DNA of 64,000 nt, taken from contig NW_021832860.1 in NCBI RefSeq assembly GCF_006345805.1, forward strand, positions 32,401 to 96,400, written 5' to 3'. A program made the translations under genes and the position numbers. How positions within the stretch are numbered: the stretch's first letter is position 1; each line of letters begins with the position of its first letter. This DNA is from Octopus sinensis. Its lineage: Eukaryota. Below are positions 14,170-26,454 of the stretch, piece after piece. The notes beneath the pieces were generated by a model. It was not told the origin of the DNA and searched no databases. It saw only the letters and a program-made list of their open reading frames with translations.

Positions 14170-14637
14170 TAAGATAGAGAAATTAAGGCCAACAGACCTA
14201 GATAGAGAAATTAAGGCCAACAGACCAGATATAGTTGTCAGAGATCATGAAGAAAAAAAATGCTTTCTAATTGATGTATCAATACCGGCAGATGACAACG
14301 TGTCTCTAAAAGAAATGGAGAAACTCTCAAAATACAAAGACCTGGAAATAGAGGTAACTAGAATGTGGAACCTGAAAACAGAAACAATTCCTATCATAGT
14401 AGGTGCATTAGGCATGATAAAAAAATATTCAGACAAATACATAACAAAAACACCAGGACTTACAAACACATATAACATACAGAAAATTGCACTACTAGGC
14501 ACTGCACACATCCTACGCAGAACACTTTCCATACAATAACCATCAGAGCATCACAACAAATCACAGCACATACCCAAGGCACACAGAGCTGCGCTCGGTA
14601 GTGAAGTGAAAGCACGCTATAAAAATAAAACTACTGA
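14168..14637 (+). mobile_element. 5'-truncated R4/Dong-like LINE (RLE domain plus 3' UTR) in (TAA)n
   Basis: NRPDIVVRD...CFLIDVSIP...KLSKYKDL...IQKIALLGTAHILRRTL, a PD-(D/E)xK RLE. Flanked by (TAA)n; nearly identical to the 3' part of 52453-53048. Confidence 0.92.
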
Positions 14638-14673
14638 ATAATAATAATAATAATAAATGTTCTCCTCGCCGCC

Positions 14674-14737
<64 letters not shown>

Positions 14738-14739
<2 letters not shown>

Positions 14740-14968
14740 GTGCAAAAAATCGTGTTAACTGGAACGACTCATGTACTTAGAAGAGCATTATCGCTGTGAA
14801 AACAACATCCATTCATGAATTTATTTATTAATAATTTTTTTTAAATACATATTTTTACCTGTGAATTTGCGCGTGTAATCTGGGAATGCATACAATGAGC
14901 TTCTCTGCCCTACGTGTACGGAAAACACCCGGCGAGAAATGGAAGAAAATTTGAAGAAAGAAGGAAAG
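14738..14968 (+). mobile_element. Dong-like LINE 3' end, second subfamily
   Basis: VQKIVLTGTTHVLRRALSL* plus a UTR homologous to 53630-53700; TAA/TGA tracts on both sides. Confidence 0.75.
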
Positions 14969-14997
14969 TGATGATGATGATGGTAATGATAATGATG

Positions 14998-15070
<73 letters not shown>

Positions 15071-15546
15071 TAATAATAATAAACGACTTCATGACAAAAT
15101 TTGACATAGGGCTGATAGAAACATTGAAATCATTACCTGGCCATGAACCAATGGTCTTTTTATCTGGGAAGAAACGAAGTATTGTCTCTGTGTCAGCTTT
15201 GCACAAATCTATGGCTTCAAATCAGCATCTAATTCTCGTCGATTGTTTCAAAATGTAGAGTAATTTTTTCTCTTTAGACGGAAGACTTAAAATTTCAGTA
15301 TACATATACGCTTATTTAATTGCTGGATAAGTGTATGTATGTATGTATGTATGTATGTATGTATGTATGTATGTATGTATGTATGTGTGTGTGTGTGTAT
15401 GTATGTGTGTGTGTATGTATGTATGTATGTATGTATGTATGTATGTGTGTGTGTGTATGTATGTATGTATGTATGTATGTGTGTGTGTATGTATGCACGT
15501 ATGTATGTATGTATGTATGTATGTATGTATGTATGTATGTATGTAT

Positions 15547-15752
15547 GAAAAAGAGGCAATTTCTACTCTTCTCCCCTGGAAGCCATCAACTCGCAATACC
15601 AGAGGGCGCACACTCTCCTACCCCGATGTAATCTCCAGGGATACAGGCATCCAGCAACAGGACCTCCGTAATGTCATGATAGACCGTGAAGTCTGGCGTA
15701 GCATGGTAAATTCCATTGTCTCGACCACGGTCGAACAATGATGATGATGATG
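15547..15752 (+). mobile_element. RTE-like LINE 3' end with (TGA)n tail inside (TGTA)n
   Basis: LLPWKPS.RNTRGRTLSYPDVISRDTG...MIDREVWRSMV*, typical of RTE C-termini, then tgatgatga. Confidence 0.7.
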
Positions 15753-15974
15753 TATGTATGTATGTATGTATACTTTATTTGCGTGTTAACAAGGCAAATC
15801 AACGTTTTAAGTTGAATAAATCTTCACAAATTTTCAAGCATGCTACTTGGAAGAATTGCTAGCCATATCCATCCTGAATCCACCAGTAGAGTCTTGAGCA
15901 CTCATCCTCACTGTTTGACAGCGTGTGTGTGTTTGTGTGTGTGTGTAGGTGTATATATATATATATATATAAAT

Positions 15975-16240
15975 TACGTGATCACGTGACCGACCAGACT
16001 ATCTGGTATTGTTACACATCACTGGTCACAATGCGCTTTGCATTGTTTGACTCAATCAAATTACGCCACCCCGCTGGCTAGGTGAGCAGACCAGCGTCCT
16101 CCTTTGATCCCGTTGCACTGGAGCAACGTGAAATGAGGTCTTTAGCTTAAGAACACAGTAGGCTCCCCTGTCTGGGTATCGAACCCATGATCGCGAGATC
16201 GTGAGTGCAACAGACTAACCCCCATTAGGCCACGTGCCTT
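15975..16240 (-). mobile_element. tRNA-derived SINE (family C relative)
   Basis: Minus strand head aggcacgtggcctaatggggg...gggttcgataccc. Confidence 0.6.
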
Positions 16241-16460
16241 CATATACATGGGTTTTTCCAATATGATGACGGTACTGGTCAAGTGAGAGCACAAATATCA
16301 AGAAGCACTTCGTTCCGTATTTGTACGGAATGTCATTCAATTGACTTCTCTGATTTCGTCGACTATCGCCGGCTTTGTGCCGGAAACATTATCTCTAAAG
16401 TTGTCCCATTAACAAGTTTAATGGGGTGAGACCCCGACAACAATGGCGGTATTCTACTTA

Positions 16461-16692
16461 GGGCGGCGAGCTGGCAGAATCGTTAGCAAGCCGGGCTAAA
16501 TGCGTAACCGTATTTCGTCTGCCGTTACGTTCTGCGTTCAAATTCCGCCGAGGTCGACTTTGCCTTTCATCCTTTCGGGGTCGATTAAATAAGTACCAGT
16601 TACGCACTGGGGTCGATATACTCGATTTAATCTGTTTGTCTGTCCTTCTTCCTCCTCTCTGTGTTTAGCGCCTTGTGGGTAGTAAAGAAATA
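16461..16692 (+). mobile_element. young SINE family A copy with TSD
   Basis: TSD ggtattctact at 16448-16458 and 16693-16703. Confidence 0.88.
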
Positions 16693-17576
16693 GGTATTCT
16701 ACTGACCCCGTTGTTACACTACTCTTGTTTAGCAAAATCTCATCAAGGCAACTGCTTACATTACTATTGTACAATGGGGGCGGCTGCTCTAACTTCCTGG
16801 GAACATAACTCTACATCTTCAAATCCTCTTGATTGGTTGGCATGATAGATTGTCACACTGATTTCAAGTAAACGTTATTCGTCAATTTACCGACAAAACA
16901 AGAATGGTCCAATTAACCATTTTGATGATAATATGTTCTATACTATAATTCCTGGTATATTCACATGATGTTCCTTCACAATATGCGGATTTTCGACTCT
17001 CCGATAACGGGGTGCAACTGTGGTGGCTAATTTGAGTTAAATGTAACCTCAAAACCCAACACAATTTCTTTTGGGGAAATCTTTCATCGTTTACTTGTTT
17101 CAGTCATTACACTGCATCCATGTTGGATTACTACCTTCAAAATTTTTTATTCGAATGAATCGATCCCAATACACTTTAACCGTTTTTTTTTTTCAAAGCC
17201 TGGTACTTATTCTATCGGTTTCTTTCACCGAACAACTAAATTACAGGGACGTAAAGACATCAACACCGGCTGTCAAGAAGTGGTGGAAACACACACACGT
17301 GCACGCATACACTCACACACACACACGATGAACTTCTTTCTGCTTCTGTCTACCAAATCTACTCACAAGGCTTTGATTGGGCCGAAGTCGACTTTGCCTT
17401 TCATCCTTTAGGAATCGATGAATCAAGTGCCAGTTGCGTACTGGGGTCTATCTATTTTACTGACCCTCCTCCCACCAAATTCCAGGCCTTGTGCCTATGT
17501 TAGAAAGGATTATTTCTAATGGCTAAATCTGAAAAGAAATGAAAATAAAGTGAATTAGCAGAAATTTAAAAGTGTG

Positions 17577-17608
<32 letters not shown>

Positions 17609-19586
17609 ATAGGCTCTCTGCTATGTGTGTGTGTACGTGCGTGTGTGTGTGTTCAGTGTTTGTGAGTGTGTATGTAAGTGTAAAATAGAAAACAATAATC
17701 AATATTCCGACAAGGTTTTATTGGAGACTTTTGTGCTACACACGCGCGCACGCATAAATTTACATCATATCACAATATTAACAACAGACAATGAAGAAAT
17801 AAGTAATGACAAATGTTTTTGTGCTATAATCGAATTCCAAATAAACAACATAACACCGTATATAACATTTGTACGTCTCTCTTTTTCTTGCAGGCTTCCA
17901 CTCGACACACCACAATTTTAACAACAAACAATGATGGACTATATGCTAGCTACAGAGGCAGTAATTATACCTCGGAGTATTAATACTACCTCTGTCGCTA
18001 ATATAGACTTTTCTCTCAAACCCACTGATTAATCTCTCATGGTATCTACCGTATGGCTTTCTCTAACACAGGGTAAAAATGTTAAAGACCCTCCTTCGGC
18101 CATGAATGACCATAGGATTGCACAAGTCCGGGTAAGGTTGTTTATGGAAGATCAGCAGTCGCCCATCTATACCAGCCTCCGCTCTCCACGCCACGAATGT
18201 TATCCAAGTGAAAGGCAAACACCGATACATCTGTAGAAGACACTTGCTCAAGGTGCCACGCGGTGGGACTGAACCCGGAACCATGTGGCTAGTAAGCAAG
18301 CTACTTACCACACAGTGACTCCTTAATACTGTATCTGTCGCAAATAGATATCTTTTCTAGAGCTGACTGGCTAATCGCGACACCAACGCCTATTCTGGCA
18401 CTGTTTTTTTTCTATATATTGCTGGTGGGGAAACGGTTGTGCGCCCATCATTGAGAAAACTAAGGAAGGTAGAAATAACGTGATCTGGTGGTTTCTGCGC
18501 TTGAGGCAGCGGGGATTTACCTCCCTACTAGCGACATAAACAAGAGTGCACTTTGTGCCAAAAGCCAATATGAGATCTTCTCTGGTGGTATCTACCGCAG
18601 TAGGGATTCTTAAAGATTACCTCTCAATAATGAAATAATTTCATCATAATTCTCATTTTATTTATTTCACTCATTAGACTGCAGACATGCAGAGGCGCAA
18701 CCTTGAAGAATTTTTGATCGAATGAATCGACCCCAGAGCATTTTTTAAAGCCTGGTACACATTCTATGGAGTTCTTTTGCCGAACCGCTAAGTTACGTTG
18801 GTGGGGGGCAAAGACACAAAGACACGCGCACAAGATATGTATGGCGGTGCCCCAGCATGGCCACAGCTCGTGAGCTGAAACTACAATCAATCAATCATAT
18901 ACGATAGGATTCTTTCAGTTTTCCTCTACCAAATCCATTCACAATACTTTTATCGGCCCGGGGCTTGCCCACGGTGTCATGTTGCTTCTAAACAATTGTA
19001 CAGTTTTACAACAATACAATATTTCATGATAGTTGTACTAAAATGATTCTACGGAACAACATAATTGCCGCCAAACAGTGTTTTCCTTTACCAAAGCCAT
19101 TCACAATGTTTCTATCGGCCTGGGGCTTGCACAATGTGTCACGAAATTGCTTCTAAACATAATTGTAAGATTTCATGACTGTTGTACTAAAATGATGCTA
19201 CGGTACACAATATTCATGAAATCAACACAAAAGAACTTAATCACTAATAAAAATGTAAGCAAATTCTTTTACAAATTATTTTGCCAAGTTTCTTTCGCTT
19301 GGAACCTAAAGTGAAGCATACTCTATCATTTCTGCTATTGGCACAAGTCCCGAAATATTTGGTGAGGAGGGAGTTAATCGATTATATCGACCCCAGTGCA
19401 AGACTGGTGCTTATTTTATTGACTGTGAAATGAAAAGGCGACCTCGGCGGAACCTGAACTCACAAGGTAAAGTCAGCCGAAATACCACTAAGAATTTAAT
19501 TCTGTGTGCAAATGATTCTGCCAGTTCTCAGTCTTGCAGTGAAGCATAATTATTGCTTTCAGATTTATATATATATCAATATATAT

Positions 19587-19644
<58 letters not shown>

Positions 19645-19807
19645 TGACGCATATTTGCCATTTGAATATGGCTAACCCCATAGGGTGGATGCTACTGTAG
19701 TTTGTAGCCCCAGGAAGATACCTCCTCCAGCTGGCTATAGACACACTATCTGTGCCCTATCAGTATTTGTGAAGGGAAGTCATCCTTCTCGTCTTCAACT
19801 TATGATA

Positions 19808-19852
19808 CACACGGACTCGAGTTTCAAGGTGTTTACCTATCATCAGCGTGTG
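19808..19852 (-). ncRNA. type I hammerhead ribozyme (inverted copy)
   Basis: Exact reverse complement of 19958-20002. Confidence 0.85.
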
Positions 19853-19957
19853 ACAGTCATAGTTGTCGACGAGAATTCAGTTTCCCTCACAAATACATAT
19901 ACTTTTTCCAGTGTCGATTGTGAGGGAAACTGAATTCTCGTCGACAACTGTGATTGT

Positions 19958-20002
19958 CACACGCTGATGATAGGTAAACACCTTGAAACTCGAGTCCGTG
20001 TG
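19958..20002 (+). ncRNA. minimal type I hammerhead ribozyme
   Basis: cacacg CTGATGA t aggt aaac acct t GAAA ctcgag TC cgtgtg: 6-bp stem I, 4-bp stem II, palindromic stem III ACTCGAGT, GUC cleavage site. Confidence 0.88.
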
Positions 20003-20280
20003 TATCATAAGTTGAAGACGGGAAGGATGACTTCCCTTCACAAATACTGATAGGGCGCAGATAGTGTGTCTATAGCCAGCTAGAGGAGGTATCTTCCTGA
20101 GGCTACAAACTACAGTAGCATCCACCCTTAGGGGTTAGCCATATTCAAATGGCAAATATGCGTCACGATGTGTTACCGCTACTGTTTATAACTCGCTCTG
20201 AGATTTATCATTGCTTGATTTCACTTTTTCAATATCAGTGTCAATCGACACTGGAAAAAGTATATGTATTTGTGAGGGAA

Positions 20281-20994
20281 ACCGAACTTTTAGAAATAGC
20301 AGCCAAAAAATTTTAGCTACTTCCTCTACTATAAGAAAAGTCTCCCAGACAATGTTTTAAATATACCGTAAATAGTCTTTTTACTTACTGAACACTACTT
20401 GGTAAAATTGATAATTAACAATTAATTAATTTTACCCTTTTATTATTGACAAAATAATTCTTTCTCCCTGATAATAAACTACAGATCCCTCTGTAGGGAC
20501 TTGTTGCTCTATAACTCACGTGGGTGGACGAGGGAGGTTACAGAGTCTCATTCGTACTTTTTGAATTCGTTAATACTAGCGGTCGAAGATGGTTTGTCTG
20601 GGATTACTCATATCAGACGGGTATGTTCGATTTTTAGTGCTCTCAAACCTTGGGCTGATGACGGAAATGTTGATCTCTATATCCAACTAATCCAGAAACG
20701 GCGTTCTCAAGTAATCGATGTACGCGTGATCTTTCGTTATTTTTGCCTCTATACCTACGTGAATTATTTTTGAGTATACATTGTCTGGGAGACTTTTCTT
20801 ATACTAGAGGAAATAGCTAAACTTTTTTGGCTGTTATTTCTAAAAGTTCGGTGTGTGGTAAAGTAAATTATTTCACTGAACCCTAATTATATAACGTAAA
20901 GTTTTAAATATACCGTAAATGGTCTTTTTACATACTGAACACTACTTGGTAAAATTGATAATTAATAATTAATTAATTTTACCCTTTTATTATT

Positions 20995-20998
<4 letters not shown>
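20281..20998 (+). mobile_element. hammerhead-bearing unit E2: 547-nt monomer, ~97-nt terminal direct repeat, inverted 5' segment
   Basis: 20354-20450 repeats at 20901-20998; ~20281-20355 is the reverse complement of ~20779-20853; 3' end runs into (TA)n. Confidence 0.75.
20649..20711 (+). ncRNA. type I hammerhead ribozyme
   Basis: cttggg CTGATGA c gga aat gttg...caac taa tcc a GAAA cggcg TT ctcaag: stem I 6 bp with one G-U, GUU site. Confidence 0.75.
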
Positions 20999-21068
<70 letters not shown>

Positions 21069-21116
21069 TGCGTTCTGCGTGTATGTATAAATATAATCAT
21101 TTATTTCGCTCAGTAT

Positions 21117-21176
21117 GTTTAGCTGATGAAGGAAAAGTTTTCATTTAACTAGACTAGAAATTGATCGTTCCTAAAC
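21117..21176 (+). ncRNA. degenerate hammerhead-like motif (E3)
   Basis: gtttag CTGATGA...GAAA ttgatcgt TC ctaaac: stem I perfect, stems II and III imperfect; unit lies between (TA)n tracts. Confidence 0.4.
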
Positions 21177-21262
21177 TTCCGGAATAGTTTATGAATTTCT
21201 ATATGCCCGCTTCCTCGCTTTCAACAAATGTGATATATATATATATATATATATAATATATA

Positions 21263-21298
<36 letters not shown>

Positions 21299-21435
21299 TG
21301 TATGTATATATAATAATTTATGAATTTCTATATGCCTGTTTCCTCGCTTTCAACGAATGTGAAACATACATATCTATGTATGTATGTATATATATATATA
21401 CATACACACATACATATATGAATGTATATATATAT

Positions 21436-21476
<41 letters not shown>

Positions 21477-21479
21477 TGT

Positions 21480-21725
21480 GTGTGTGTGTGTGTGTGTGTG
21501 TGTTTGTGTGTGTATAGAAAGAGAGAGAGTGCATGTTATAAAATCCATTATTAGAATATAAAACAGTCAAAACCAAACTCTCAGGTTAAAGAAATTATAA
21601 TTTAAGATTATAAACACCTGCTTTCTTGTTTTATTAATTTCGCCTATTACTTAATGCTTAGGAATACATTTCTTCGGATAGTTTTATTTATGTGTGTGCG
21701 TGTGTGTGTTTAAGAGAAGATATGC

Positions 21726-21761
<36 letters not shown>

Positions 21762-22545
21762 GGGGAAGAAAGAGACAAAGAGAGAGGCAGAAAGAGAAAC
21801 TCACAACATCAAACATTATGAAACCGTAAACCCTAGAAGAGTGTATATGGTTATAAACATGTACTTGGGGAAGGGGGCTTGAATAATGGCCCTCCCCACT
21901 TATTAATTCTTCAGATCCCCCCACTGCTGTTATCCCCCTCTCTTTATTGATATAACAGCTAGACAATCTAATAATTATTGTATTTTACGTTAAAATATAT
22001 ATATACTAGCAGAAAATCACCTTCCTGACGATTTTTTGCAAGTCACTTGATATTAATTTCACATTTGATTTCCAATTGTAATAATTTTTAAGATAAATTA
22101 CGTCTAATTATTTCTTTGTATAATAGTACCCATTTGCTTAGTAAGTATTGTTTTCATTATTTTATCACAGTCAAAATCTCTCTTTTTTAAGCAAACATCA
22201 AGGTAGTCCCACTACGAGGGAGGCAGTTTGTTAAGTTTAACTTTCCTCTCAAAGCAATATAGAGATTTCAGTTGAGCAGCCCTTCTATAAGCTTTGCAGT
22301 GTGTGTGTGTGTGTGTGTGTGTGTTTGTGTGTGTATAGAAAGAGAGAGAGTGCATGTTATAAAATCCATTATTAGAATATAAAACAGTCAAAACCAAACT
22401 CTCAGGTTAAAGAAATATAATTTAAGATTATAAACACCTGCTTTCTTGTTTTATTAATTTCGCCTATTACTTAATGCTTAGGAATACATTTCTTCGGATA
22501 GTTTTATTTATGTGTGTGCGTGTGTGTGTTTAAGAGAAGATATGC

Positions 22546-22585
<40 letters not shown>

Positions 22586-23125
22586 CAGAAAGAGAAACTC
22601 ACAACATCAAACATTATGAAACCGTAAACCCTAGAAGAGTGTATATGGTTATAAACATGTACTTGGGGAAGGGGGCTTGAATAATGGCCCTCCCCACTTA
22701 TTAATTCTTCAGATCCCCCCACTGCTGTTATCCCCCTCTCTTTATTGATATAACAGCTAGACAATCTAATAATTATTGTATTTTACGTTAAAATATATAT
22801 ATACTAGCAGAAAATCACCTTCCTGACGATTTTTTGCAAGTCACTTGATATTAATTTCACATTTGATTTCCAATTGTAATAATTTTTAAGATAAATTACG
22901 TCTAATTATTTCTTTGTATAATAGTACCCATTTGCTTAGTAAGTATTGTTTTCATTATTTTATCACAGTCAAAATCTCTCTTTTTTAAGCAAACATCAAG
23001 GTAGTCCCACTACAGAGGGGAGGCAGTTTGTTAAGTTTAACTTTCCTCTCAAAGCAATATAGAGATTTCAGTTGAGCAGCCCTTCTATAAGCTTTGCAGT
23101 GTGTGTGTGTGTGTGTGTGTGTGTT
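21480..23125 (+). repeat. ~800 bp tandem duplication with (GT)n at the boundaries
   Basis: ~21500-22299 is nearly identical to ~22300-23099. Confidence 0.92.
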
Positions 23126-23694
23126 TGAGAGAGAGGGGCAGGAAGAGAGAACATTGCAAACAGTAAATGAAATATACATGAAATGAGAAAATAGTATGAA
23201 TAAAAAGACATAACTACACATGTATACACCCTCGACATTGTTGCCTCACAACATCCAAAAAAATGGATTCTTTTTAATTAAATTTTTTACAAATACCGCT
23301 TAGATGTTGTAGCTTCAGAGTATATAGGGATTTATCAGAAATAATTTTTTCGAGGGGGCGGGGAGAGAAGACTTTGGTAAAATTCACGCGATCCGACGTT
23401 TTTCCCTCATAACTTCCAGGAAACTTCCAGGTATTTTTTAATGGAAATTTATGCAAATACCTTTCAAACTACATAAATTACGATTATAAAGAAATTTGTG
23501 GGGAAAATCTTTTCCGCGGGTTTGGAGAGAGTAGTTTCTGATCAGGAAGATCAATTAAGTTACAACTATGTTTTGACGGGAATTTTCCCCATTTTTTTTT
23601 TAAATCACAGCCTTCGAAATGGTGGGGCTGGGGGTATCTTTGTATGAGAAAGTTTCGAAATGTTTTTTTAGAACTCCATCTCCCTTATCATCCC

Positions 23695-24527
23695 ACTCTG
23701 GATATATTTTGGTCAATTTTTGTTGCACTTTAAAACCATGGTTGTAGCCGTTTCGGTAAGAAAAAAAGAAAAGAAATTGTTTGTATTTTCAGAGGGAAAA
23801 TCAGAGTGATTTTATGGGAGATTTGGCTGTCGTTTCTAGCGCATCCCAAGACAACCCTCCACGTTTCTCTATCACTATTGATGTTTTTCAATATTTTTCT
23901 CCCCATAAATACATTTATATGCTAAAGAAAAGAAAATTTGGAAAATTATGAATTTCTTGCAACCTGCCCCCGGTTGTTTCTGTCTATAAATTAAAATATC
24001 GGAAAGCCTGAGAAACTCATTGCTGACATTTATCCACATTGGTTTAAAGAAAAGCTGCATAAACGATAATTCATTTTAATACCATAATTTTCTGTTAGAA
24101 AATGTCTTTTCTTACACGCACACGCGGCTTCGCTTGCCCGAGGTGCCATGCAGTGGGACTGAACCCAGAGCTATGCGGTTGGGAAGCAGGCTTCTTACCA
24201 CACAGCCACGCCTGCGTCTGGTATTACTTGTAGTCTTTGTTCTTTTTCTGCTTTTTCCATATCTATATTATATTCCACCAATGGAGCACACGTGTGTTAC
24301 TTCGACATCATCATTCTATAAAATGTGTTTAATAGGAGAAAAATATTGAGAAAAAAAAACATCAATATATGTGAGAATGAAAATTTGGGGTGGTTTGGAT
24401 TGTGCTAGAAACAACAGCCTTGAATTGTTCACATTTTCCTCTGAAAATATTACAATTTTAGTTTAACCAAAAGGCTCCTCCCATGGTTTTTAAGTTAAAA
24501 AGAATTGGCCACAATCGGTCCGGGTAG
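23695..24527. mobile_element. MITE/foldback-like element with ~200 bp degenerate inverted repeats
   Basis: 23695-23903 matches the reverse complement of 24334-24527 (ggctgtcgtttctagc/gctagaaacaacagcc, aaaaccatgg/ccatggtttt). Carries a SINE B head at ~24133-24215. Confidence 0.6.
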
Positions 24528-25089
24528 TTATTATTGTAAGGCTTATGGCATTCCAACCAGCCATAACAACAATCTCTCTTCTTAATTTTTTAAAAAATTA
24601 TTCCGGTATATTAAAAAATTATTTTTTTCATCAAAAATATTCATTTGACAAACTCCGGAAACTGATAATTTTCTTGAAATTGTGCCTCGTATCAAAGTCA
24701 TATTATCTAATAGCATACATACATTCAACACAAAATCACTTAAAAATTATACTTGTATAAAAATTATACTCGTGTATCAAAAAGTTTTCACTTTACCAAA
24801 AATATTCATGTAACAAACTCCAGAAACTGATCATATTCATGAAACTGTGCCTCGAATTAAAGTTATATAAATATTAATAAATTATTATTAATGAAAGTAG
24901 AGGCGAGAGAGAAAATATCGCCTTCAACGAATTAATATTTTTTATTGTTAAAGTGAATGCAATGAATATTTAATTTTTTGAATAATTGGACGTAGTGAAG
25001 GCAAATAATTTTTAAATTTACTAAAAATTGGAGTTCAAAATTCAATAAACTACAGAAATCGAAATTATAAAAAATTTCTTAGAACATGA

Positions 25090-25542
25090 ATGCATATATG
25101 TATGAGAATCGGCATAGCACGCCCATGTGACAACAAGATGAATGTGAAAGAAGAAGAAAAAATAAACAACTATTGACGATTTGCAGTAGGAAATACGAAG
25201 GTTGTGGTCAAGGAAGAAAGTAGACGTGATACCAATAGTAATTGGTACATTTGGAAGTATCAGCACTCAACTACCTGCATGGCTGAAAAAGACTGGTGCA
25301 AGTGTGATGGTAGAAAACCTACAAAACTCAGCATTGCTTGGAACTGCAAGAATTCTTTGCAGGGCTTTTGAAGCATGACCAGTAAGTAAGCAAGTGTCAC
25401 CTTAGTCTGCTGGCTGTGAGCAGTTGACGCTTTCCACCACACCCAGCACAATAAGCTGTGAGTTTTCATATAATGATAATAATAATAATAGTAGTAGTAA
25501 TAGTATTATTATTATTATAATTATTATTATTATTATTATTAT

Positions 25543-25598
<56 letters not shown>

Positions 25599-25727
25599 TA
25601 GTAGTAGTAGTAGTAGTAGTAGTAGGGTCAGCTAGGATACTTAGGCGGGTTCGTGGGATCGAATGTTACTTGTTGTAACATGATACTAGGCATATTTTTC
25701 TTTTCTAATAGTCTGATATGTTGTGTG

Positions 25728-25730
<3 letters not shown>
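25090..25730 (+). mobile_element. degenerate Dong-like LINE 3' fragments separated by TAA/TAG tracts
   Basis: IRRLWSRKKVDVIPIVIGTFG...LQNSALLGTARIL and GSARILRRV. Confidence 0.7.
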
Positions 25731-25793
<63 letters not shown>

Positions 25794-26283
25794 TCTGATC
25801 TTAACTAATTGGAAGTTTTAACTTGTACATTGTTTTGTCTTAGTGTAAAAGATGGGCTACAGCTTGTCAGTTGTTTGACCTTAACCAGTTGAGCATGTCC
25901 CTTAGTGGCTGACGATATGTGCATCTCTGATCACAAGAGCAAAAGTAGTGGGGGAGCATCATAGCCATGTGTTGAGAGGAATTTTGGGGTTTGAATAATT
26001 CACTTCTGGAAACATGGGTGTTTCGTTGAACATCCTTAAACAACCCTTATTCAGGGACCTTTTGAGCGGGATGGGTTACTCGACCAGAAGAAAATTCTAA
26101 CTGGACCCCACCTGCAAGGTCATGTGCTGTTTATCTTGATATGAGATCACCATGTCGCGCACATATGGTTGTGATGCATGTGCCTGGTATATCCTTATCA
26201 GACGGGTAGTTATGATGGGTATATTGGGCTTCATATATTTTACCCCAGTGCCACTTTGATGGCATGCATTGCTCTCTCACTCA
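25794..26283 (+). mobile_element. family D non-coding repeat (5'-truncated) in (TAA)n
   Basis: Homologous to 58965-59521; TAA tracts on both sides. Confidence 0.85.
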
Positions 26284-26310
26284 ATAATAATAATAACTAC
26301 AGCAACAATA

Positions 26311-26342
<32 letters not shown>

Positions 26343-26454
26343 AAATAGAAATCTATTAAAATCTGTATTCAATAATTAAGATAAAAATACCAATTTTCAA
26401 ACATTTAAATAATTGCTGACGAAACGGCTGAAAGTTCTATCTCACGTTAATGAC

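Larger units (their letters stand above)
19641..20282. mobile_element. hammerhead-bearing non-coding unit E1 (Penelope-like/retrozyme-type): inverted arm plus 352-nt monomer
   Basis: ~19641-19892 is the reverse complement of ~19918-20169; ttgtgagggaaac recurs at 19918 and 20270; abuts (TA)n. Confidence 0.75.

Noticed and set aside
15287-15741. Overlapping ORFs of YVCM/HTYI repeats, and similar ORFs throughout
   Set aside because: Translations of (TGTA)n, (TA)n, (CA)n, (TAA)n and (GATA)n microsatellites.
19685-20125. Two near-identical 82-aa ORFs on opposite strands
   Set aside because: By-product of the E1 inverted repeat; they start at non-ATG codons and run antisense to the ribozyme.
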